In this document: piece by piece, positions 17,156 through 25,442 of the stretch | Layout: each line of letters starts with the position of its first letter | Numbering within the stretch: position 1 is the stretch's first letter | Assembly (NCBI GenBank): GCA_043809585.1 | Contig: JBDROZ010000099.1 | Coordinates: 1 to 41,182, forward strand | Origin: Candidatus Eiseniibacteriota bacterium | Lineage (GTDB): Bacteria > Orphanbacterota > Orphanbacteria > Orphanbacterales > Orphanbacteraceae | Length of the DNA: 41,182 nt | Direction of reading: 5' to 3' | Made by a program: the position numbers and the translations under genes | Notes under the pieces: generated by a model | Told to the model about the DNA's origin: nothing | What the model saw: only the letters and a program-made list of their open reading frames with translations | Databases searched by the model: none

Positions 17156-18288
17156 TGGGAGGGGGAGAGGTGGTGGGGGAGGTGCGCGTTCTCTTCTTGT
17201 CCGACACCCATCTCGGTTTCGATCTTCCCCGGGCCGCCGCTCTCCCGGCCACCCGACGGGGGGAAGACTTCTTCGGAGCTTTCGAACAGGCCGTCGCCCC
17301 CGCGCTCCGGGGGGAAGCGGATCTCCTCCTTCACGGGGGGGACGTCTTTTTCCGCTCCCGGGTGAGGGAGGGAGTCGTTCTGCGGGCTCTGGAGATCTTC
17401 CGGGCCGTCACGGCCGCCGGTGTGCCCGTCGTGATCCTCCCCGGCAATCATGAACGGTCCGCCCTCCCCTTCCCCCTCTACTGGAGTTTTCCCGATCTTC
17501 ACGTCATCGATCGACCCCGCACGGTCCGGTTCGATGTGCGGGGAACGAAGATCGCCGTCTCGGGCTTCCCCTTCGAAAGGGTGGATCTCCGCCGGAAGTT
17601 CCCCGGGCTCCTCTCCGCGACATCGTGGGACCGGCGGCCCGCGGACGTCCGACTGCTCCTGATGCATCAGACCGTGGAGGGGGCGACCGTGGGGCCGGCC
17701 GATTTCACGTTCCGGGGGGGGGCGGACGTGCTGCCCGGTCGGCTCGTGCCGGACCGGTTCGCGGCGGTCCTCTCCGGACACATCCACCGCGCTCAGGTGC
17801 TCCGGCGGGATCTCGCGGGGCGGGCTCTCGGGACTCGAGTCCTCTACGCCGGCTCGACGGAGAGGACGTCCTTCGCCGAAAGGAACGAGCCGAAGGGGGT
17901 CCTTCGGCTCCGAGTCCGGTCGACCGGGGACGGCCGGGGGCGAATCGCCGACGCCCTCTTCGAGGAACTCCCCGCCCGGCCGATGGCGGCCCACGATCTC
18001 GATTTCCGGGGCGTGGCGCGGCCGGAGGCGGAGGCCGAGCTCCGGCGTGCCATCGCCCGGTGTGACAGAACCGCGGACGTCCGTCTTCGCGTCCGGGGGC
18101 CGGTGGGGGAGGAGACCGCGCCCCTCCTCCGGCCTGCGTCGCTCCGCCGGCTCGCCCCACCGACGATGCGCATCGAGGTCCGCTTTCCCTACTCCACCGC
18201 CCGGACCCGCCACGCCTTCCGGCAGGCGGAGCCGAAGACGCCGATCCCGCCCTCGACGCCGCCGTTCAGTTCGGGATGGTCACGGTAG
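17155..18288 (+). CDS. SbcD/Mre11-like DNA repair exonuclease (metallophosphoesterase)
   Basis: SDTHLG, HGGDVF, PGNHE, SGHIH, YAGSTERTSFAERNEPKG; start overlaps the upstream stop (TGATG). Confidence 0.82.
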   Translation: MGGGEVVGEVRVLFLSDTHLGFDLPRAAALPATRRGEDFFGAFEQAVAPALRGEADLLLHGGDVFFRSRVREGVVLRALEIFRAVTAAGVPVVILPGNHERSALPFPLYWSFPDLHVIDRPRTVRFDVRGTKIAVSGFPFERVDLRRKFPGLLSATSWDRRPADVRLLLMHQTVEGATVGPADFTFRGGADVLPGRLVPDRFAAVLSGHIHRAQVLRRDLAGRALGTRVLYAGSTERTSFAERNEPKGVLRLRVRSTGDGRGRIADALFEELPARPMAAHDLDFRGVARPEAEAELRRAIARCDRTADVRLRVRGPVGEETAPLLRPASLRRLAPPTMRIEVRFPYSTARTRHAFRQAEPKTPIPPSTPPFSSGWSR

Positions 18289-19085
18289 AGGTAGTTGTAG
18301 TAGTTCTCGTCGACCGACAGCACCTGGATGTCGTAGTCGCCGTAGAAGACGAAGAGGTCTCCGTACCAGCCGAGCCGGTAATGGCCGTTCTCCCGCTCCA
18401 GACCCTTGACGCGGAAGTAGGGGGCGATATGCCGGGGCTGCCCGTTGTCGCCGCCGTACTCGTCGTAGTCCACGGGCCCTTCCTCGGGCCCGATCGCCTC
18501 GACGTACTTCGCGTCCTCCCAATCCTCGAGGCAGTACGCGTCGACGAGGAAGACCTGGTCGTCGAATTCGCAGTCGAGGTAGATCGGGAAGGAATCGGCG
18601 ATGGCGGAGTGGGCCATCGAGTCGGGGAGGACCCGGGGCTCGGAGAAGACCTCGAAGGGCCACGGAGTGGTCGTGGTGGCGTTGATCGGGTCCTCGCCGC
18701 CCGCCTCGACCCTCAGGTGATAGGTCGTCACCGGCTCGATCGCGACGGCCGGGTTCGCGTAGTAGCCGGGGCGGACCATCGCGAGGGTGTCGGGGGACTC
18801 GGCCCCCTCCTTCCACAGAGTGACGAGGGCGTCCGTGACGACCGCGTCGTCCAGGGAGTAGTACTCGTCCACGGGCATGGTGCGGGAGAGGAAGATCGCG
18901 AGATCGTCGCTTACCGTTTCGTTCACGTAGAGATAGCCGAAGACGACGATCTCCCTTTCCAATCCCGGTCCCGTCGTGTCGCCGCTGCCGCAGCCGGCAA
19001 GGAACGGCAGGAGGAGGGCCGCGAGGAGGGCCGCGGGCCAGAGCCCGCCGCCGATGCTCTCCATGATCGCTGATTTCCCGTTCAT
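18189..19085 (-). CDS. DUF4249-like lipoprotein (TonB receptor partner)
   Basis: Lipobox LAGC; IVVFGYL...LSRT...DAVVTDALVTL; SVDENYYNY...VEGGIGVFGS; directly downstream of a TonB-dependent receptor. Confidence 0.78.
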   Translation of the reverse strand: MNGKSAIMESIGGGLWPAALLAALLLPFLAGCGSGDTTGPGLEREIVVFGYLYVNETVSDDLAIFLSRTMPVDEYYSLDDAVVTDALVTLWKEGAESPDTLAMVRPGYYANPAVAIEPVTTYHLRVEAGGEDPINATTTTPWPFEVFSEPRVLPDSMAHSAIADSFPIYLDCEFDDQVFLVDAYCLEDWEDAKYVEAIGPEEGPVDYDEYGGDNGQPRHIAPYFRVKGLERENGHYRLGWYGDLFVFYGDYDIQVLSVDENYYNYLYRDHPELNGGVEGGIGVFGSACRKAWRVRAVE

Positions 19086-19098
19086 GACCGTCGTCTCC

Positions 19099-21321
19099 TT
19101 AGAATGAAACCCGGACGCCGAGCGTCGGGAGCAAGGGGAGCATGGTGACGTCTTCGAACTCGACCGGGTTCTTCGTGGTGTCGTAGGCCCGGAGATAGAC
19201 GTTCTCGTGATTGTAGAGGTTGATGATCTGCAGGTTCGGCTCGATGATCATCCCCTTCCACTGGCCGAGATAGGAGATTCCGACGTCGAGCCGTTGGTAG
19301 TCGGGGAGCCGGTAGGCGTTCATCTCGCCGTCGAGGGTCGTGTCGTACGAGCGCCCGGTGATGTCGTACACCGTGTACCGCCCCGTGGCGAGGGTCGTGG
19401 GCTGGCCCGAGCCGTACTTGAAGGCGACGTTCATCCTCCACCGTCTCCCGAATGTGCGCTCCTGCATCATGACGATCTGGTGGCGCCGGTCGTACTGGGG
19501 ATAATACTCGTCGCCGAAGTTGAAGCCGTCGATCTCCCTCTTGGTCCAGCCGAGGGAGTAGCCGAGCCACCCTTCCCATCCCGCCCAGTGGTTCCGGAGG
19601 TAGAGGTCGGCGCCGTACGCCTTCCCCTCTCCCGAGTTGAATAGCTCGCCGAGCTCGGCGTCCGATGCGACGAGGGAGCGGGTGAACTCCTCGCTGAACT
19701 CGACCACGTTCCGGTAAGGCTTGTAGTACCCCTCGAGGGTCACGTCGAACGACTCGTACGGACCGAACTCGAGACCGAGGATGTAGTGGTCCGCCGTTCC
19801 GGGGGAGATGGTCTCGTCGACGGGGAACCACAGGTCGGCGTTGCTCGCTCCCTCTTGGTGGACCAGGTTCAGGTACTGATGGTAGCGTCCGTAGGTGGCG
19901 TGGGCGGCGAGGGTCTCCCCGAGCCGGCGCCGGACCGAGAGCCTCGGTCCGAGGTCGAGATAATCTCCTTCCGAGTAGTACTCGAGCCGGAGCCCCGCCT
20001 GCACCTCGGCGAGGGTGCCGAGACGCCACGTCTCCTGGGCGTACGCGGCGCCGTAGTTGCCGCTGTAGGTGAAGTCGATGTCGTCCTCGTCCTCGTAACC
20101 TTGATTGAAATGGAAGTCGAGGGACTTCGACTCGACACCGAAGTCGAGGGTGTGGTCGGCGCTCGGCGTCCAGGTGGTGTTGACTTTCCCCCCGACGTCG
20201 TCGATTTCGTTCCGCGCCTCGAACTCGAGGTCCTGGAATGCTAAGGAGGCCCTCGAGTCGAAACGGCTGTAGGTGAGGGCGAAGTCGGTGAAGAGCTTCG
20301 TGCCGAAGAGGTGGGTCCACCGGAGGGACGAGGTCCGGTTCCCCCAGTCGAGCAGGAAGTCGAGGCCTGTCCGGTCCCAGTCGAGACGGTCAAGGCCCTC
20401 GTAGTAGCTGATCGACGCCCGGTCGTTCGGCCCGACGTCCCAGTTCAGCTTGCCGTGGACGTCGTAGAACTTGTAAGGAAGGTCGATGTCCATGGCCGCG
20501 GCGAGAGGCTCGATGTACGTGTGCCGGCCGGAGACCATCCAGGACCCCCGCTGCCACGGGCCCTCGAGGGTCGCGCTCGAGGCGATGATGCTCGCCCGGA
20601 CGGTCCCCTCGAACTCCTTCCGGTTGCCGTCCCGGTTGTGCACGTCCAGGAGGGACGAGAGACGGCCGCCGTACTTGGCGGGGTAGCCCGACTTTTGGAG
20701 GTCCACCGTCTTCACCGCGTCGGTGTTGAAGGTGCTGAAGAAGCCGAACAGGTGGTTCGGGTTGTAGACGTCGGCGTCGTCGAGGAGGATCAGGTTCTGG
20801 TCGGCGCTCCCCCCCCGGACGTAGAGCCCGCTCGAGAAGTCGGAGATACTGCTGACGCCGGGGAGCATTTGCACGCTCCTCATGAGATCGGACTCGACGA
20901 TCGCGGGCACCCGGTTCATCTCCCTCGTGTTCAGGGAGAGCCCCTTCCGGCGGAGCCCGATCCCGTCCCGGTCCGCGTCCACCTCGATCGCCTCGGCCCG
21001 GGCCGAGGCCGGGGTGATTTCCACGTTCAGCCGGATCTCTTGGTCCGGGCCGACCTCGATCGGCCGCTCCTCCAGACGATAGCCGACGTGGCTGAAGACG
21101 ATCGTGTACGGACCGGGGGCCAGCCCGGTGATGACGTAATAGCCTTTCTCGTTGGCGATCTTCCCGAGGCCCGAACCCCGGAGGAAGACGTCGGCGTACG
21201 AGATCCCCTCACCGTCGTCGGCGCCCCGGACGAAACCGCTCACGGTGCCGGTGGCGGACGCGAGGGAGGGGAGGAGAGCGATGAGGAGGACTCCGGCGAG
21301 GAGCCCCTGGCGAGAGAACAT
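19099..21321 (-). CDS. TonB-dependent receptor with N-terminal carboxypeptidase-regulatory-like domain
   Basis: GTVSGFVR...NEKGYY; plug LPGVSS...GLYVRGGSADQNLILLD...YNPNHLFGFFS...GYPAKYGGRLSS; RLPDYQRLD; terminal Phe. Confidence 0.92.
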   Translation of the reverse strand: MFSRQGLLAGVLLIALLPSLASATGTVSGFVRGADDGEGISYADVFLRGSGLGKIANEKGYYVITGLAPGPYTIVFSHVGYRLEERPIEVGPDQEIRLNVEITPASARAEAIEVDADRDGIGLRRKGLSLNTREMNRVPAIVESDLMRSVQMLPGVSSISDFSSGLYVRGGSADQNLILLDDADVYNPNHLFGFFSTFNTDAVKTVDLQKSGYPAKYGGRLSSLLDVHNRDGNRKEFEGTVRASIIASSATLEGPWQRGSWMVSGRHTYIEPLAAAMDIDLPYKFYDVHGKLNWDVGPNDRASISYYEGLDRLDWDRTGLDFLLDWGNRTSSLRWTHLFGTKLFTDFALTYSRFDSRASLAFQDLEFEARNEIDDVGGKVNTTWTPSADHTLDFGVESKSLDFHFNQGYEDEDDIDFTYSGNYGAAYAQETWRLGTLAEVQAGLRLEYYSEGDYLDLGPRLSVRRRLGETLAAHATYGRYHQYLNLVHQEGASNADLWFPVDETISPGTADHYILGLEFGPYESFDVTLEGYYKPYRNVVEFSEEFTRSLVASDAELGELFNSGEGKAYGADLYLRNHWAGWEGWLGYSLGWTKREIDGFNFGDEYYPQYDRRHQIVMMQERTFGRRWRMNVAFKYGSGQPTTLATGRYTVYDITGRSYDTTLDGEMNAYRLPDYQRLDVGISYLGQWKGMIIEPNLQIINLYNHENVYLRAYDTTKNPVEFEDVTMLPLLPTLGVRVSF

Positions 21322-21717
21322 GGCAAGACCTCCTGGTTCTGTCCCCGCCGGTGTGAGGCGGCGAGGGGGCGTTGAACGTTCGATGCTCGTTTTCGATGGG
21401 CGGCATCTTATCCCGGCTGCGCGGGTGAGGCAAGGACCGGGGCCGCCCCCCTGACCTCTCGCCTACCCTGGTCCGGCGATTCTCACCGGCCCAAAGCAGG
21501 GATCGTGCCATAGGCCCGATCGGCGAATACGGCCTTCTCGGCCCTCCGCCGCCCCTTTCCCTCGGGCGCCGGAGCGGAGTGTGAGAACCGGCGACACCGG
21601 CGGGTGTGCCGAGTCGCCACGGGTCCGGGGGGACGGGGGTGGTTGCGGGATGGTCCGGGCCGGTGTACGGTAGGCGTCACGGAACGGCACCGACGATCGT
21701 CTTCGGAGGATCATCTC

Positions 21718-22869
21718 ATGCGCGGAAATCTCCTCGACCCGGCCGCCCGGATCGTCCCCCTTCTTCTCTTCTCTCTCTTCGCCGCCTGCGGCGAGGACGA
21801 TCCCGCGGGGATCGGCGACAAGGACGTCACGCCCCCCGCCGTCGTCGGCGACCTCCGGGTCACGGGGCGGGCCGCCGCCTCCCTCGATCTCGCGTGGACC
21901 GCGCCGGGGGACGACGGGAACTCGGGGACCCCGTTCCAGTACGGCATCCGGTATTCCTTCTCCGACAACGTGACCGACGCCAACTGGGCGGCCCTCGCCC
22001 AGGCGGTGGACGAGCCGATCCCCTCCGCCGCCGGCAGCGCGGAGACCTACACGCTCACCGGCCTGATTCCCGGGGTCGTCTACTTCATCGGTCTGAAGAG
22101 CCGGGACGAGGTGGAGACCAACTGGTCCCCCATTTCGAACGTGGTCGTCGACTCGACGCTCGCCGAGGGCGACTCGATCCCCCCGGCGGCGATCACGGAC
22201 CTCTCCCTTCTCAGGGCGACGTCCTCGTCGATCACCCTCGCCTGGACCGCGACGGGGGATGACGCCGACTCGGGGAACGCCGCCTCCTACGATCTCCGGT
22301 TCGCCCCGGACAGCGCGGCCGTCGCCTCGTGGGACCCGGCGAGCCGCGTCATCGGCGAGCCGAACCCCGGGGGCGCGGGAGAGACCGATTCGATGGAGGT
22401 CGCGGGGTTGCTCGCGGGGAGGACCTACTTCTTCGGCCTTCGGGCCTTCGACTGGGCCGGCAACGGTTCGGCGACTTCGAACATCCTCCGGGCCGCCACG
22501 GCCCCGGCCGGCGACGTCACCCCCCCGGGCTACGTGGCCGATCTCGTGGTGGCCGCCCTCACCTGCTCCTCGGTGACGCTTTCGTGGACGGCCCCGGGAG
22601 ACGACGGGGACCAAGGGACGGCGACGTCCTATGACGTCCGATACGCTCTCTTCGAGCCGAACGTGTCGAACTGGAAGGATGCCGAAGCGGCGGAAGGCGA
22701 ACCGGTTCCGTCCCACGCCGGGTCGGACGAGTCGTTCACCGTCGTCGGGCTCGGCGAGGGGGCACGTTACTATTTCGCCCTCAAGGCGTTCGACGAGGGG
22801 GCGAATGAGTCCCCCCTCTCGGCCGTGGCCGACACGACCACGCCCCCCTGTCCGGACCCCGCCCCCTGA
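21718..22869 (+). CDS. Lipoprotein with three fibronectin type III-like repeats
   Basis: Lipobox FAAC; three copies of DxxPPxxxxDL...LxWTAxGDD...YxxR(Y/F)...GLxxGxxY(Y/F)...; GGAGG RBS before ATG 21718. Confidence 0.82.
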   Translation: MRGNLLDPAARIVPLLLFSLFAACGEDDPAGIGDKDVTPPAVVGDLRVTGRAAASLDLAWTAPGDDGNSGTPFQYGIRYSFSDNVTDANWAALAQAVDEPIPSAAGSAETYTLTGLIPGVVYFIGLKSRDEVETNWSPISNVVVDSTLAEGDSIPPAAITDLSLLRATSSSITLAWTATGDDADSGNAASYDLRFAPDSAAVASWDPASRVIGEPNPGGAGETDSMEVAGLLAGRTYFFGLRAFDWAGNGSATSNILRAATAPAGDVTPPGYVADLVVAALTCSSVTLSWTAPGDDGDQGTATSYDVRYALFEPNVSNWKDAEAAEGEPVPSHAGSDESFTVVGLGEGARYYFALKAFDEGANESPLSAVADTTTPPCPDPAP

Positions 22870-22984
22870 TCTTCTCCCCCGGCTTCGGGCAGGGGATAGG
22901 GAAGGCGTGCGGGCGGTGAGAGGGATCCGTTGACGGACGGAGTCGAAGGCCCGGCCCGCGCACGGACACCGGTCCTTTAGGGGC

Positions 22985-23012
22985 TTGACAAGCGGGGGGG
23001 ACGTGCTACTTT
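22985..23012 (+). promoter_or_regulatory. Sigma70-like promoter for the RRM gene
   Basis: TTGACA (22985-22990), 16 nt, TG-C-TACTTT (-10 at 23007-23012). Confidence 0.55.
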
Positions 23013-23221
23013 CCTACACGCACAGATCGGTTCGTTCCTGCCGGCTCCACTCGCCGATGAGCCCCCATTGGATCGAGCATGGCCCAGGATCGAGTTCCCT
23101 CGTGCCGAAGGGCCGCCGCCGGCGGTCCCGGACAGGTCGAGATCCGGCGCCGCCGCGGAGCCTCCGGGCGGACCGGAAGACTCGAAAAGATTTCCCGGGG
23201 GCGACGGAGCGCGAGATCGGC

Positions 23222-23509
23222 ATGAAGATCTATGTCGGCAACCTTCCCTTCAGTGCGACGGAGTCCGAACTCCGCGAGTTGTTCGAGGCCCACGGGACGG
23301 TCAACGAGGTGAGCGTCATCACCGACCGGGACACGGGCCGGCCCCGCGGCTTCGCCTTCGTCGAGATGCCGGACGACCAGGGGAACGCCGCGATCCAGGC
23401 CATCGACGGTTTCGAAATGGGCGGCCGCAACCTCAAGGTGGCCGAGGCCAAGCCCAAGGAGGACCGGGGCGGCCGCGGCGGCGGCGGAGGCCGGCGCGAC
23501 CGCTGGTAA
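23222..23509 (+). CDS. RNA-binding protein (single RRM, Gly/Arg tail)
   Basis: RNP2 IYVGNL, RNP1 RGFAFVEM, C-terminal RGGRGGGGGRRDRW. Confidence 0.95.
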   Translation: MKIYVGNLPFSATESELRELFEAHGTVNEVSVITDRDTGRPRGFAFVEMPDDQGNAAIQAIDGFEMGGRNLKVAEAKPKEDRGGRGGGGGRRDRW

Positions 23510-23537
23510 CCGTCCGACAATTCTCCTTCGATCCAAC

Positions 23538-23576
23538 GGCGGCTTCGGGGCTCGGGCTCCGAAGCCGCTCTTCTTT
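23538..23576 (+). terminator. Intrinsic terminator after the RRM gene
   Basis: GGCGGCTTCGGGGC-TCGG-GCTCCGAAGCCGCT stem followed by CTTCTTT. Confidence 0.7.
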
Positions 23577-23694
23577 CGCCGCATGGTCGTATTCACCCGG
23601 AAGACGAGGATCGAACTCGGATCCGGAGACGGATCGACCGGAGCATGCGGGGAACGGGGGAATCGGAAACATCGACGTTTTCCGAGCCGCCCGG

Positions 23695-24036
23695 TCACTG
23701 CTTCGCTCGGTATCGGTCCCTCTCATTGAAGACGATCATCGCCTTGTACCCGGCGTGCACCGTGGCCCCGTGGGGTTTCCCGGCGGGGATGAAGAAGTTG
23801 TCCCCCGGCCCGTAGACCCGGGTTTCGCCGTCGATCCTCAGTTCCACCTTGCCGGCGAGGGCGAACTCCCACTGTTCCGCGTGGGCGTGCTCCGGCACAT
23901 CCAGCCTCTCGCCGAATTCGACGAAGACGACCTGCTGCTTGTCTCCCCGCACCATCCATCCGGCGGTGCCGCCGAAGGGAAGGTCCATCTCGGTCCATTG
24001 GCGGACAAAGTCGGGAATGTTCTCGTATCGGGGCAT
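23695..24036 (-). CDS. Cupin domain protein
   Basis: VPEHAHAEQW...GKVELRIDGE...GDNFFIPAGKPH. Confidence 0.88.
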   Translation of the reverse strand: MPRYENIPDFVRQWTEMDLPFGGTAGWMVRGDKQQVVFVEFGERLDVPEHAHAEQWEFALAGKVELRIDGETRVYGPGDNFFIPAGKPHGATVHAGYKAMIVFNERDRYRAKQ

Positions 24037-24133
24037 GGGAACTCCTCCTCGGTTTCGACGGTGGGGCCGGCGCCATCGTACATCATGAGACGGAAGGCCG
24101 CCCGTACGATTCCGGAGGGACGCCGGGGACCGG

Positions 24134-25348
24134 CTACCGGAAGAGCACGTAGACGATCGGGATGACGTGAAGGAGGGCGTAAATGACGAAGACGTACACG
24201 AGGTTCCTCCGGGATCGTGCGGCGATCGCCCCCAGGCCGGTCGAGAGACGGATCGGCAGGATCCGGAGGGGATAGAAGACGGCCGTGCCGAACATGTTGA
24301 ACACCAGGTGGGAGAGGGCGACGGTCACCGCCGCGGGGTTCGCCGTGGCGAGGGAGGCGAGAAGAGCGGTGATCGTCGTTCCCAGATTCGCGCCGAGCGT
24401 ATAGGGGTAGATCTCCCTCACCGAGAGCGCCCCCGTTCCTGCGAGGGGCACCACGAGGGACGTGGTCACCGAGCTGCTCTGCACGAGGGACGTGAGGATC
24501 CAGCCGACCAGATAGGCGATGGCGTCGTTCCGGAAGAGACCGCGGCTGAAGAACCCCTCCGCCCGTCCCATCACGTGACGCCTCATGAGCCGCACCATCC
24601 GGGAGAGCGAGAGGAAGAGGACGAGGAAGGCCAGGACGAGGAGCGGGACAGGATGGGGAAGAAGGTCTTTCAGATGGTGGACGGGAGGGCCGAGGATCAG
24701 TTTGAGGGGGCTGACCATGGCGACGCCCCCGGCCCCTTCGAAGGCCCGCTCGAGCGCCGTCGCCGTCTTCTCGATCAGATGGAACCGGAGCTCCATCGGA
24801 AAGAGCACGAGTACGGACATGATGTTGAAGAAGTCGTGGACCGTGGCGGCGGCGAATGCCCTTTCCATCTCCTTCGGGTTTCTGACGTGCCCGAGCGACA
24901 CGATCGTATTGGTCACCGTGGTTCCGATGTTCGCCCCCATGATCACGGGAATGGCGAGGCGGAGGTCGAGGCTCCCCGCCGCGACGAGACCGACCACGAT
25001 GGACGTCGTCGTGGAGGAGCTCTGGATGATGCTGGTCACGACGATGCCGATGATGAGCCCCGCGACCGGGTCGGAGGTCATCGTGAGCAGATGCTCCGCG
25101 AAACCCTTGCCGGCGAGCTTGAAGGCGGCGCTCATCAGTTCGATGCTGAAGAGAAACAGATAGAGAAAGACGAGGAACAGGAACAGATCAAGGAGGGGGT
25201 GACGCCCCCCTGACGGAAGGGGGACCCCCGGCGGGGGAAAGTGCTTGGAGGTGGCGGCGGATCGGCCGGGCAAGAAGAGATCCTCCCGAACCGGCGCCCG
25301 CGTCTCCGGGAGCCGGATTAGGAAGGAGAGTACCCTCTCCCGGGGCAA
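24134..25348 (-). CDS. Na+/phosphate cotransporter (NptA/SLC34-like); true start probably downstream of 25348
   Basis: Two QSSS repeats (IIQSSSTTTS, LVQSSSVTTS), GANIGTT and GANLGTT, ATVHDFFN. Confidence 0.88.
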   Translation of the reverse strand: MPRERVLSFLIRLPETRAPVREDLFLPGRSAATSKHFPPPGVPLPSGGRHPLLDLFLFLVFLYLFLFSIELMSAAFKLAGKGFAEHLLTMTSDPVAGLIIGIVVTSIIQSSSTTTSIVVGLVAAGSLDLRLAIPVIMGANIGTTVTNTIVSLGHVRNPKEMERAFAAATVHDFFNIMSVLVLFPMELRFHLIEKTATALERAFEGAGGVAMVSPLKLILGPPVHHLKDLLPHPVPLLVLAFLVLFLSLSRMVRLMRRHVMGRAEGFFSRGLFRNDAIAYLVGWILTSLVQSSSVTTSLVVPLAGTGALSVREIYPYTLGANLGTTITALLASLATANPAAVTVALSHLVFNMFGTAVFYPLRILPIRLSTGLGAIAARSRRNLVYVFVIYALLHVIPIVYVLFR

Positions 25349-25384
25349 GGCGCAATGGAAGTGAGGGGGGGCGCCGAGAATCGG

Positions 25385-25416
25385 TCCAGGCCCCGGGCTT
25401 GCGCCCGGGGCCTGGA
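25385..25416 (-). terminator. Perfect 14-bp hairpin downstream of the GH57 gene
   Basis: TCCAGGCCCCGGGC-TTGC-GCCCGGGGCCTGGA; the loop reads GCAA (GNRA) on the minus strand; U-tract weak. Confidence 0.55.
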
Positions 25417-25442
25417 TAGAGGGCTTGACAGGACGTTCCCTA

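Noticed and set aside
19099-21321. TonB receptor + lipoprotein as the SusC/SusD pair of the glucan locus
   Set aside because: The receptor is short (740 aa) and lacks SusC signatures; the partner is DUF4249-like, not SusD; they are separated from the locus by unrelated genes.
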